The translations under genes and the position numbers were made by a program. This document shows, piece by piece, positions 1 to 12,600 of a DNA stretch of 64,000 bases. The notes beneath the pieces were generated by a model, which saw only the letters and a program-made list of their open reading frames with translations, had not been told where the DNA came from and made no database searches. The DNA is from Thalia democratica (taxonomy: Eukaryota). Numbering within the stretch: the first letter of the stretch is position 1; every line of letters begins with the position of its first letter. The DNA lies in contig OZ241826.1 in the NCBI GenBank assembly GCA_965202585.1, forward strand, positions 29,760,001-29,824,000. Reading direction: 5' to 3'.

Positions 1-469
1 AAAGTCTTCTTATATTAGCCGACAAACCGTCGTTTGTCAGTTTTAGCTTGCTGTTTTTTTCATGCAAGTTTTTAACTTCTTTATAGAAACCTTTTAAAAA
101 TACCTTTCACACCATGTATCTTTTATGGTTGTTTTTGTAAGTTTCCCTGAGACTAATATTTTCTTTATCTAGCTTTTTAATGATTTTTAAGATTGTTATC
201 TTCTTTTCTGTTTCTTGTTGAACTATATCTTCAAAAAACTTCACAGTTTCACTAGAACAGTCACTGTATTCAAGCTCATCAAAAACATCAAAGTGAATTT
301 TTTTTAATTCATCCTCCGCACAGTCGGCTATGCAATTGGGGCATTCTTGTTTATTTTTTATTGCCTTCGATATGCACTTTTTGTGAAAGCTATGACCGCA
401 CGGTGTGAGATAAACTTCTGTGTCAGCTGTGAATAATCTATCAAGGCATAAACAGCATTTATACTCAAT
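1..469 (-). pseudogene. RING-H2 E3 ligase-like gene followed by coiled coil (TRAIP-like layout), intronless here, damaged; runs off the window edge
   Basis: Manual translation from 469: IEYKCCLCLDRLFTADTEVYLTPCGHSFHKKCISKAIKNKQECPNC (C3H2C3), then ...KKIHFDVFDE...EKKITILKIIKKLDKENISLRETYKNNHKRYMV*KVFLKGFYKEVKNLHEKNSKLKLTNDGLSANIRRL. The start position reads ATT (TAA two codons upstream) and there is one in-frame TGA at 107-109. Not in the supplied ORF track. Confidence 0.8.
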
Positions 470-599
470 TATTTAGCGCTACTTTTTAGCTTTAAACTGT
501 AAAATGTGTTAGAAAATTTTGATGTAAATTTCAAATTGAAAATTAAAGTAAAAAAAAATGGGAACGGGTCTAAATTGCACGAGGTTACTTAATTGCACT

Positions 600-993
600 A
601 GGAAATTCTGATTATATTCCAGGTTTTATAAAGTACATGTTTTTGGGTCTGTTTTTAGCTTAAAGCTAAGTTTAAGGTTAACAACTGTGCTGAGTAGTAC
701 AACAACATTAAAAAGATACTGTAAAGCTAGTTTAAACCCGTTTTTTAATTGAAAAACTTTAGATGATGACAAAAAACTTTTATCTGTATGGTAGATTTTT
801 CGTTTCAAATAAAAATTTTTACTTAATACGTAAAAATTAGTAAAACTTCCAGGTTTTTCTCTGATTTTTTAGTAATTTTTGTTTAAAGTTCCACGGTTGT
901 TTCAAAATTTTCAAATTCCTAGTATTACCAGGTTTTTTAGTATAAATTGTAAAACTTCAGCTTTTCAAGGATTCCAGGTTTTTGGCAACCCTG
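600..993 (-). mobile_element. Partial MITE of the CAGGGTTGCCA-TIR family (one end truncated)
   Basis: Ends in TGGCAACCCTG at 983-993. The body is the reverse complement of the full copy at 43200-43622; spurious ORFs 626..808 and 43380..43607 align (KIYHTDKSFLSSSK vs KIYHINKIFLSSSK). Left boundary approximate. Confidence 0.75.
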
Positions 994-2055
994 TTACAAA
1001 AATTATTTACTTGCAGCCCACAACAAAAAGTCCTTCCCAGTGTATAGTGTTTTATTTTACTTTAAATATTAATATCAAAGTATAAGAGAATTTTTTTTAT
1101 GTGATAATCATAAGTTGTCAGCATAATTTTATAACTTTTTATTATTACAAGCTTGAACTTTTTTTTACTTTATTAACTGTTTTTAATTAGCGAGCTGCAG
1201 TTTGCCAAACTTTATTTTATTAGTTGAGGAGAACTTTTAAAGCCTTAATTTGTACTGAAAATATTTTTTTTATTGTGACAAGAATAATTATTAAAATACT
1301 CAGCCACTATCTTTCATAAAAATTTAAATAGAGTAGCCTTATCAGAATGAAACCATGAGAAAACTTAGTTTGCTATTCATTGTACAAGTGAAAACTTATG
1401 CATATATATATTTTTTTTTAATTCTTAAAAAAACAAAACAATTAGTCTTAAAACTTCTACTTTGGCTGCGTTATTGAATGTTTTTAGAAAGACCCATAAC
1501 TATGATATATCAAACGAAGTTTTACATTTCTAAGTGTAAAATCATATAGTGTAGTAAATTAACTATTTATAGTTGTATACAAAAACTAAATAGAAACAAA
1601 TAATTAACTTTCAAATGAATTAATTGCACCACAGCTATATAGAAAGAGTTGTTATATATTTATTAAAAAAAATAACAGTCTTGTAAAAACTTTTATAAAT
1701 CATTATAACCTATTAAACAAAAAAAAATATGCATATAAACTAAACTAGTCTTTTATAACAAACCTACATTATACAAAATAACAATTGAAGGTATACTATT
1801 AATTAATATATCAAAATATAATTTTAAACTGCTAACTCTAAACTATAATTTTCGCAACACAAAAAGTAGTTTACTTGTTAATAATTATCTTACAAATATG
1901 TCTTTTATCAATATAAGAACATTAACAGTTAGTGTAAAGAAGTATATCAAAGAACAGAATAAACAAAAAAATAAAATCAAGAAAAACATCGATGAATGCA
2001 GAGCAGAAGTCTAGACTTTCATTTGCCGTAAGACAAGGTCAAGTTTTACAAAGCA

Positions 2056-2178
2056 TTGACCATTCCAATTTGATCATCATACCACAAGCTATCGGTAGAC
2101 AGATGAGTCCTAATAAGGACGAAACCGGTCTCAGTCTACCGAAAGCTTGTGGTCTGATGATCAAATCGGCATGATCAA
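2056..2178 (+). ncRNA. Type I hammerhead-ribozyme-like motif capping a 45-bp hairpin; 5' half of the core damaged
   Basis: (C)AGATGA 2100-2106, stem II GTCC-taataa-GGAC 2107-2120, GAAA 2121-2124, palindromic stem III ACCGGT, GTC cleavage triplet ending 2130. Arms 2056-2100 and 2134-2178 pair at 40 of 45 positions. Confidence 0.75.
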
Positions 2179-5100
2179 CCATTTGTTAAAAAATTTAATT
2201 GAAAGTTTTCAATTTTTTTATACTTAAATAAATTAAAAATCGAGATTTTATTTTATTCAGTCTCAAGTTATAAAAATTAATATATGAACAAAATCATTAT
2301 AAAACAAAAAACTGATATATTAGAAAAAATAAGACATAAACTACGATTAAAAGCTTTATAATATTTAACCATAATGATATTATAGTCTTTAAAGTTTTTA
2401 TAGCAACTAAACATACTATATTGCATTTTGTATGAAAAAAAGTCTCAAGCTCTATTTTTTATTCAGTTTTCAAATAATTCTTAAAATCGTACAAAAATGT
2501 AGTTAATTTTATTAAGTTCAAACTAAATCAACTCACTTCAGTAGTGTTACGTTTTTTAATCTCAATGTACTATTTTCAAAGATAGTGCAATTTTTTAATT
2601 ACAAGCAACTTAGTAGGACCAAAATACACCCTACTGAAATAGTTTGGTTTCCTGAACAAAAAAAAAACGCTCAAAATATTTGGTCCAAGGACCTGGTGAA
2701 CGAAAAACCTAGTAGATAGTTTGTTTATTTTAAGCAATAGAAAGCAAACATGGCTTTATAATAGTTTAAATTCATTTTCAGGTGTACTACAAATCGTTTA
2801 AAACTTTGACGTTTGTAAATTATAGATATGTATTTAAAATTTTTTAGTTTAACAAGTCATAAGTTCAACTGTTATCGCACTTTTAACTGTTGTGATAAAT
2901 TAGAATTACTTAGTTTTTATCTAAATATTTCTGTTTTCTAGAATCATACAAAAATTGATAAATATTACTATTCCTTTACCATAAGATTAACATTTTGAAA
3001 CTCATTTAAGATAAGCTTTGTAAAACGTGCTTAGGTAAGTTTTTAGTAGTCTTTGATAATTTTATACGTGTTTTATGCTTCAATATAAACTTTTAAAATA
3101 TACATTAAGCGCTTTAATAAAAAAGGTTTACAATCATATTCTTAGCATGTTTTTACTTATACTTTTAATTACAGACAGAATTCAAAAATAAATTTTAAAA
3201 CTGAACTCATGCCTATATATTACTTTCAAATAAACATTCTGAGAACGCAAACTATTCGTTATAAGTTACTTTTTTAAAGCAACTATAGAACTTTTTTTTA
3301 ATATGAAGTATTTTTAAGCTAAATACAGTTATTAAACTTAATATAGTATCGAAGTGAGAATTTTTTAATCATTTTTTTTTGTTATTCTCCATAGACAATG
3401 TAATTTCGTTAATAAATTAAATATTTGGTTTAATGATATTATTTTTCTTAAGTAATGTTTTATACTATTATAATTGGTTGTAACATAAAAATGTCAAAGA
3501 AACTAATGTTTCAGGGAAAAACAAAAAAGCACTAAAAATATTTTGTTCAATTACCTAGTTTACGAAAAAACTTTCGGTTATTGAGTCGTGCACTACTTGG
3601 ATACAGTTTAACGTTTTGTCCAGAATAAAACTATATTATTGAAAAATAATTTTTAAACCATATCCTATACTTCTGCTCCATCGTATGACCCAATACCATA
3701 ATTTTTATACATAAAACTATTTTAATAGTATATATATATATACATATTTATGTTGTATAGTCAATTATTTATATAACCATTATTTTATTAATATTTGTAT
3801 AAGAAATAAAGTTTTGTATAGACTTAACAATATATTAAACACTATTTCAACTGCTAATTGTTGAAACTTGCTAATACAGCGTAGTGATAGATTTAATTGT
3901 CAGTTTTAACATACTTAATATTGCAAAATAAAGGATAGTATAGTTCTGCTACCTGAGTTAAACTAATTTTTTTTGATGAAACAAATGTACGAGGTATAAA
4001 GAACTTTTTAAAGTGTTGATTTTTTGAAAGCTTAGTCACTATATTAATATTCATGTTTTTATTGTGTAAGTAAGCGGACATAGTTAACAGTTTAAAATAC
4101 AGAACTTACGATGTAGAAACTATTTCAATAAGAAACATTGACTTATATTACTTTTTAAAGTAAACAATTTTTTTCAAAGTTGTTAGAGCTTTTAGCTCAG
4201 TTAAAACTATAAACTTTTTTTACAAATTATTTAAGGAAACAGATCTAATCAAAGCCAAACAAAATATTTACCCAGTACAATAAAAAATAAAGTTTTGTTT
4301 GAGAAGTAGTAGTTTGTTCTTTTATTAGACCTTTAAATTATTAAATTTATTCATTTATCATCGAAAGAAATAGCTTACCTTATCGTTTATCACGACAATC
4401 AAAAGCTTTAAGTTACCTCTTCTTTAATATAAATCTTCAGTATGGAATTTAAACCTAATTTTTTTTTTCGCTTATTTATATTCGTAAAATTTGATTTTAA
4501 AAGTTTTACCATAACTTGCTTTGTATGTGAGTTAAACAGTCTTTATATCTTATAAATAAACTAATTATAAAACATTGTTTTATACAAGTAAGATACAGCA
4601 AATTTAGATAGAGTACCTATCAATGTCTAAATAATAAGACTTTCTTTTATGAAGTTCGTTCAATGTTTATTGTAAAGAAATAAATAAAACGAACAACGTG
4701 TAACCTGATTTATATTTGAAACTAGATATTTTTATTTTGTATTCATGTTTTTAACAAGTTAGATTTTACTTGAGTATGTTTTTATTATCAACTATTTATT
4801 CAACAAGCACACTTTTCAAGTTTTCAATAAAAATGTTTAGTAATTTTAGTTTAAAGCCAACTTTCAGTTCAGCAAACTGCGACCCAAATTCGGCCCTAAA
4901 AGCTAAAACCTGCGGCCCACGAGGTAACTTCAGCCACAACGTACTTTTTGAAAACAATTTAATGATTACACATTACTAGTGCTCTGCTTTTGCTTATATG
5001 AGAATACGTCATGATTTTTTTGTTTAATACTTTATTATTATTCTTGTTACTCCTTAAAATTTATGTTTTAAAACTATAAAACTTTCAAATACTACTTGTA

Positions 5101-5650
5101 AGAAAGTAGTTTTACACTGCTAACAATAAAAACAAACATACGACAAGTCTTCTCTTATAGTTATAAATCAAAATATGTCAAAATATGTTAATAAGCAGCT
5201 TTTTAAATTCAAATAATGCTACTGTCTGAAAATATGTTATACGTTTTGTATTTTAATAGCTGCCTTTTAATAATATACTCATAAGAACATGTCATTTTTA
5301 ATGCTATTTCTTCGGTATATAAATAGTTTTAAAAAGTATATTTGTATGTTTTAATAAACCTTTTTCTCAAACTTAAAATATAACTGTATGTTAACAAAAG
5401 CTTTAATGTCTATACAACTGTTCACTTCATTTTTATTTTTCATTTACTAAAATGGTTCAAAAATAGTTACAATAATAGAAACTTTATATTTATTATAAAC
5501 ATTTAAGCTACTTTAGTAAATATACATCTTAAGTTTTTTTTTCAATATACTAAAAAATCAAACTACTATGAATTTTACATGTAACATACAGGTTTATTAC
5601 ATTGAACATATAGTTTTCAATAAGAGTTGTTTTGGTGTTTGTGTGGAAAC

Positions 5651-8600
5651 TCAGTTTTCCACTCCAGTAGTGCCTTCAACTTTCAAGCTGCTCTTCCTTT
5701 CACAAGAAATTTTGTTGCTTTTTCTCTGCATGAAGTTGTGGAAAAATCCACGAACACCCTGTGAAGATTAGAATTTAATAATAATTTTTTATACTTAAAG
5801 GAAGCTAGTATTCCAGTAATTAACTTACATTGAATTTTTTAGAGCTAAAAGTTTTCTTCTTTTTTGTTTTTTCAAAAGCGTTCGAACTAGTTTTTGGTTT
5901 TAAACTTTTGTCTAGGTGGAGATTTGCTGCTTGATTAGACTTTTTCTCGCGAAAAATCTGCAGAGATGTAATTTCTAAAAAATAAATCAAAAACTTTAAA
6001 AAACAGTGAAATAAATAAGTAATCAATTACTTTGAAACTTTTAAAGCTTAAAAGTTTCTTCTGTTTTTTTGCTTTTATCAGCGTTCGAATTGCTAGTAGT
6101 TTCAGAACTTTCGTCAAGATGTAGGTTTCTGCTTTTAGTATGTTTCTGAAAGAACCCACTATACCCTGTGTTGACATAATTAATAACATATATTTAAATA
6201 CTTAAAAACATTAGTGTACGTAAAAACTAGAAAGTATGTTTGAAAATAATTTTTAACTTACCTTAAAACTTTTTAATAATTTTTAACTTAAGGTTTTCGT
6301 CTTTTTAGACTTCTTTTTAGCATTTGAAATACTGAATGTTTTCGAGCTTGTGTATTGTAAATTGAGATAGGAGCTTTGATTGAACATTTCAACGAGTTTT
6401 GTTAGACGTTCAGCAAACCTGCTCTCAGTTGATGCAAGATACTCTGTTATTTGGTCACAAGTAGAGGACAATCTGTGTTTAGAGGTTTGACCGTTAGAAA
6501 AACATGATGTTTTACTTTCTGGTACTCTTGAAATTTCGTTTAGTTGGAGCTTGGAGGGTTTAGCGTTAAAAATAATTGACTTTTTTGAACTTTCTGGTGC
6601 TGTTGAAGTTTCGTCTATATGGAGATTGGAGGTTTGACTAGACTTTTCTCCAAGCTGTACCAGACTTTGAGTGAATTTACTCTCAGTAGTTGCGGTATCA
6701 ACCTGCGTTATTTTGCCACAGTTTAAATGAGTTATTTGTACATCTTTATCTTCTTTTTGAACGCAGCCGAGTTCCGGTGCATCTTTAAAAGTTAAACCAT
6801 CGCTGTACGATTCAGTAAGTACAATAAATTCTGTTGTTTCAGTTGCCGTATCAACTAGCGTCACCCTGCCTCTCAATGGAGAGCTTTGAACACCCTTGTC
6901 TTCTTTTTGAATGCAGTCACGAAGTGGTTCATCTTCGAAAACCAAAGCATTACTGTAAGAGTCAAAACTCTGAACACTGAATGGTTTCTTTTCAATTATG
7001 TCCACATAAGGTGTCGGTTGTCTGGTTAGTGGTTCCTGTGGACTGTCTTGACATTCCGAATCTTCAGGCGAACAGAAGGCGATCGAGTCCAGAGAACTTT
7101 TGTCGTAGTCGACGGATCCGTGGGACGACTAGGAGGAGATCAAAGAAGACTGTGGAGAAACGTCCTCTTCGAAATCATCCTCGTAAAAGTCGCCCGCTTC
7201 GACTGCTTTAGACCCGTTCTCTTTATGGATCACATAAAATGTTTTATTCGGAGTTTTCTATGTTTAAAAAAAAGTTAATTTGGAAATATATATTTTTGGT
7301 AAATCATTTTAGTTTTGATTTATTATTTTATTAACAAAGACACAGTTTATAACTTAAAGTTTTTGTTTAGTATACTCAACTTACTTTTGTTTAATTCTGT
7401 CATCATCCCACTGCAAAACTGCAAATACTTTTTGAAAGTTTCTTTATTGTAGTCGGCAATAGAAGAAGCTGCTTCTTCCAAAGCTGTCTTCACGAAAAAT
7501 CTTCAAAGTTTGTATAAAATTAATTTATTAATAACATTAATTAATAACATGATTAACAATAAATAGCTTTATTTATTTTAACAGGTAAATAGCTTGATTG
7601 TTACAGATTTTCAAAATGCTCAGAATAAAACTAAAAAGTAAATATGATACTAAGTAGTTTTTTCAACTTCAAATCTTTTACACATGTAATAACTATAGTA
7701 AAGTATGCAATTGTTATCTATCTACATCTTATATTAAGCATGCTAACACTTTAATGGTTTTTACTTTACTATTAAAATTTTAAACATATATGATAAAAGT
7801 TATAACTTGAAGTTATTAATCTGTACGATTTTGAAAAAAAATTAAAAAATATTGTTAAAACGTAAAACTTTCGAAGTGAAACAAACTAAATTATTTTATT
7901 TTAAGACTTAAAACTAATAATTTATATAATTATTATAGGATTATTTGAGAAACATTTAAATAAAACTCACGAAGTGACTCGACTGTTGTTCTTTTCTATT
8001 ATTTTGTCTTCAAACTCTTCCAAGGGATCATAGAATTCCTTTTGGTATAACTTGTTAATTCTTTTTATGGCTTTATCATGGTTCATTTTTATGGCCGATT
8101 TGTGAATTCTTACCATCGAAGACACAACTTGACAGTCTGTCAGTTGTCGAGGCTGTAAATTATTTCAATCTATTACTGTATATTAAAATGGATATTATAA
8201 AATTATACGAACCACATAGCATTCTAACTTAATATTTTGTTACGCATACTGAAGTTTTCTTCTCATATTAACCCTTGAATTACAATTTGTGCTATTTAGA
8301 TCAAATCAAATTTGATTATAATTAGTTTTGAGTAACCAATATAATCCTTTATTTGTTTACAATAAAACAAAATCTTTATACTTTTGTTTATAAAAAAACA
8401 AATACAAGTTTTACTAAAGCAAAACTTGCTTGCTCAACAAGGGAATGTTGAACAAGACCAGATCCTCTCACGTCATTCAAGCTCAATTGAAGCACCTTAA
8501 AGTTTTATTTCATAAGTTGTAAAACAACAAACCAAAGTTTATACTCTATAAGTTTAATTTTTTTCTTTATTCTTGTGTAAAACAACATTAAAATGTACTT

Positions 8601-9056
8601 AATTCATTCTTAAATTAGCTAGAATTGATATTAGATACTTATTTTATGGTTAAGCTATCTGTATAATACAATAAAAAATTTAATAACAATTATTTCCTGA
8701 GCTTCAGTTTTATTTTGGTTGACTACAAAATATGCGTTAAACTCCAGAAGTACTTTTCCTATTTCAAACTAAATAGAAACTAGTTGGTTGTTTTAAAAGT
8801 ATTAAAATTACTTAACAATTAGTTAAAGACTTACACTGCGAAGAATACCCTTCATATCGTCTTCAAGCTGGATGTTATTCATCTTTTCTTCTTCTTCCAA
8901 ATCTTTCATTTCATCTTCTGGTATGTTCTTCATTCTATATTCTGGGATGTTGTTCATTCTATATTCTGGGATATTCTTCATTTTATGTTCTGGAATATCC
9001 TTCATTTTATATTCAAACTGCATTTTCAGCATGTTATCTCCAAATTGCATTTGCAT
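5651..9056 (-). pseudogene. Multi-exon lineage-specific gene of unknown function with duplicated exons; several stops/indels
   Basis: GT-AG exons read by eye: 9056-8835 (MQMQFGDN...GILRS), 8495-8426 (VLQLSLNDVRGSGLVQHSLVEQA), 8152-8114 plus ~8050-7971, ~7500-7385 (FFVKTALEEAASSIADYNKETFKKYL), a large exon ~7220-6262 (includes track ORF 6283..7005), ~6165-6031, ~5975-5828, and 5758-5651 (GVRGFFHNF...GVEN*), with AATAAA at 5593-5598. Several junction phases join in frame. In-frame TAG at 7129-7131 and TAA at 6283-6285. Confidence 0.6.
8916..9011 (-). repeat. Four tandem 24-nt coding repeats (8 aa: YKMKDIPE/HKMKNIPE/YRMNNIPE/YRMKNIPE)
   Basis: Plus-strand units start ttctgg at 8916, 8940, 8964 and 8988. 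Confidence 0.9.
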
Positions 9057-9647
9057 TATAGTTGCACTGATCAATACTCAATATGATTATCAAATTATCA
9101 ATATAAATGATTTTCGTCGTTTCACTGTTTGAGAGAAAAATTCAACAAAAATTTTTATTTAAAGTATAAAACTGCAAAACGTCATAATAGTGTTATGGCA
9201 AAAAAAGTTTCGAATTATTTTATAATTTCAACATAAGACATTTTATATGATAATTTTTGATAGATAAGTCTGAGATTTTTTTTTGTGAAGCTTTATATTT
9301 AATATAACTGTGATGTTGTACAAAAAAATGTTTTGTGAAATAAATCAGCGTAAAAAAGTTTTGCTATCTTTAATGATATTACTTTATTGTTATTAAAAGT
9401 AAATATTTGATTTAGGTAAGAACATTTTGTGTAGTCAGACACAAAATTGTTCTTTAAAGAGGAATCGATTCTCGGTTGAGAATTTAGGGTTATAATTGAG
9501 GTTTATCAAAATATTAAATAAAATATTTATTTTTATACTATAAGAGCAGTATAAGCTTTTTTAAATATATATTTAAAAGTTTTTGTTACTTATGAGTATA
9601 GATGACCTTTATTTAATTTCACACTGATCAATTTTATCTAAATCTTG

Positions 9648-9690
9648 TTACGCATAAAACGTTTCGCTTATATAGCTCATCAGTGCTTAA
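9648..9690 (-). ncRNA. Minimal type I hammerhead-like motif of the kind found in Penelope-like elements
   Basis: Minus strand: ttaagca-CTGATGA-gct(atata)agc-GAAA-cgttt-TA-tgcgtaa. Core intact, 3-bp stem II, stem I pairs 6 of 7, stem III irregular. Confidence 0.6.
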
Positions 9691-12600
9691 ATTAAAATTC
9701 TTATTCAAATAGAATAACTACGTAATTTCAAAACTTGTTTACTCAAAACAACACAACGTATAATGTATTTAATTTCATGAGACACAATTTTTTGTTTTAG
9801 AATGTCTTAGTTTATAAACCTTTTTTTGTCGAATAAAGAAATGCAGTAATATCTTTGTAAGTGAAAATTTCTTGTAAGTAGTTTCTTTTAAATGAATTAA
9901 AAATGTTATAAAGTGTAACAAAAGTATATGTTTGTCTCTTTTTAACGAAATTCGTTGTTATTTTTTTTTTAAATCAAATTTTATCAGTTCCAAAGCTAAA
10001 TAAAAATGTCTTTATACCCTAATTTATTTTTTTAAAGTGTCAAAAATATGTCTCTAAAAAATACACATCACTTGTTTTACACTAAGTCATGTAATTTTCG
10101 TTTGTAGTTCAATTTAACAATGCTTTGCGGTAATTTTTATGTAAATTAAGTACTCATATCTACATTAAATTTGTATTTTAATTAGTTTTATAGTATTTTA
10201 ATTTAGCTCATTGAAGCAGTTTAAATCTATTCCTACAGAACTTTTACATTTTTTGTAACCGTTGATTTTCTGTTTTACAAGTCAATTGTCTAGTACTCGC
10301 ACTGCGCTTACAGATAAAACAGTAACTTTCCATTTAATATATTAAATACATTGTAGAACATTTTATTAGTTCTTTGTTAAAAGTAAATATATATATAAGC
10401 TCTTGTTTTTAATTCTTCTATAAATAATTATACTTTTAGCAAAACTTATCAAGAAATTTTAAACGTTAAAAAATATCGAAGTTTTTATAATAAGTACATC
10501 AAAACTTTTGTTATTAGACAAAAAATTTATAAAATTTTAAGACGCTAGTTTGTCATTTTAAAAACGATAGCTTTACTTGTCTTTTAAATTCATTAAAATT
10601 TAAATCTTTTTTAGTTGTCTTTTTGTCTTAAATGTTAATTAAACTTGTTTGAACTTAATTTTTAGTACTATGTAATTTTTGTATCAACGTTTGCAGGTAT
10701 ATACTCTAAAGTCGTTAAACTCAAACCTTATGGTGCTTTTAAGTTATACATTTATGTTAAATATATTACAAATTAAATTAGAAAAGTTGTCAAGAAGTGT
10801 CTTTTATGAAATAAAATAAAACACATGTTTAAGATTGTAACATAACTAAGTGTTTAGAAAAAAAAGTGATAACATTATTACAGTTTGTAAAACCAATTGT
10901 TCCAAAAGTAAAAGATGTTTAAAATTTTATTAACTAGCAAAATATTTTTACAATATAAAAAAGTTGTTACATTAAAGAATACATAATACATTTTGTATAA
11001 GCTTTAGACTAAAATGTTAATAAACTAAACTTTTATTTTGAAACAAAATAGTTAGAGTTCCTCGTATCATGAACAAAACTTTTCATGCTGATATTCTATC
11101 AAACCAATTTTTGATGAAAAACAAGTTAATAAAACAATAAACTAAATGTACACTTTTAAAGTGATCTCAAATCTTAAAAGTAACTTTATGTTAATATGCA
11201 TTTCTTGAAAACTCAACAAAATCATTGAAAAATCACAGGCACTTGAAGGGGGGATGGATGATGTTATTGATACGTCATAAAACATGTTTGTGTGAATCAT
11301 GAATCTTGATTAATGTTGAAAACTAATAAGTGCATTAGTAAGAGTATCTTGTTGTAGGAATAAATTTTGTAAATTAGCCGTTGAGTTTTATATGTTGTTT
11401 TAACTAACTAAATACATAAAGGTTAATATAAAATCTTAAGGTAGAAAACATCAAATGTTCATTCAACAAACTCTTATATTTATAAATTTATTCTTAGATT
11501 ATTAAACACGAAGCTTCTACTTATAACAAATGTAAACTCTTTTTGTAACTTAATTATGTATTTTTTGTTTTTTAATAAATAAGTTTTCGATTACTTTTTT
11601 AAATTAGGTAATATTATGGTAATATTATATATAGTGCTAATTAACTGTATTTTAGATATAGTCATTCATTTTAGGTATTACACATTAAATTTGTTTGTAA
11701 TTAACAATTTTACTTCTAAAAATGCTTCTAAAACACAAAACTGTTATTTTTCTTAAAAGGCCTGATTGAATTTAAAGAAAAAGAAATTTGTTTTACAATG
11801 TTATGCAACATTTTTAATTTTCTTTTATCGTTGTAAGGTTTTGCTTTTTACTTATTTATTTTCCTTGACCATAACAACTCCTTTTATTATTATTTAACAT
11901 TTATTAATTTTTTTTATTCAATTTAAAAAAGTAACATTGTTTACATTTTTTTAACATGAAAAAATACAACCAAAACTTGTTCAAGCAACAATATTAGTAA
12001 ACTGAAGTTATAATGTCTTGATTACAAGCAAACACAAAAAAATGGCTTTCATGTTATAAAACACTTAAAAGGTTTAAGAGTCCGAACTAAGCTGAAACAG
12101 TCGAATTATTCATATATAAGTTTTAAAATTAGCTACTGAACAAAAGACATCCCTTTATCTGCCGCACTTTAATCGCTTTTCATAACAAAGAACCAAAATA
12201 ATACTTGTTGCCGTGCGGACAGAGATCAGGCCGGTATTCCGTAAAAATCGGTGTCCTTGTGACGTGACGATGATTCACTTGTTACGTCATAATGGCTGCA
12301 TTTGTTTGCGAACAATGTTGCAAATTGTTTTCATAATGAGACGTGATTAGAATGATGTTTATCGCGGTAACTTTACCGATACAAAATTTATTTACTCACA
12401 AATGTTAATTAGCAATTAATTTTACCAAAACAAAATACATTGACATAGTGCTCGAAAATATTACTTGTTTTGTAGATAATAATTTTTAAGTTTAAATGCT
12501 TTATATTTAGCTCATACTATGACATTAACTATAAGTTAAAAGCTAAATTATAAAAACTACCTTCAAATATTTCTTCGGACCGGATGTTGTACTTAAAACA

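Noticed and set aside
626-808. Paralogous small ORFs 626..808 and 43380..43607 (also 43191..43400, 879..1085)
   Set aside because: They lie inside copies of a non-coding MITE; the similarity is at the repeat DNA level.
6385-6455. ITEYLASTESRFAERLTKLVEMF as the first helix of a Dbl-homology domain
   Set aside because: Only one helix-length resemblance; the following exons are low-complexity repeats, not DH helices.
12075-12105. gagtccgaactaagctgaaacagtc, reminiscent of a hammerhead 3' half
   Set aside because: No CUGANGA and no closing stem II; too degenerate to support.
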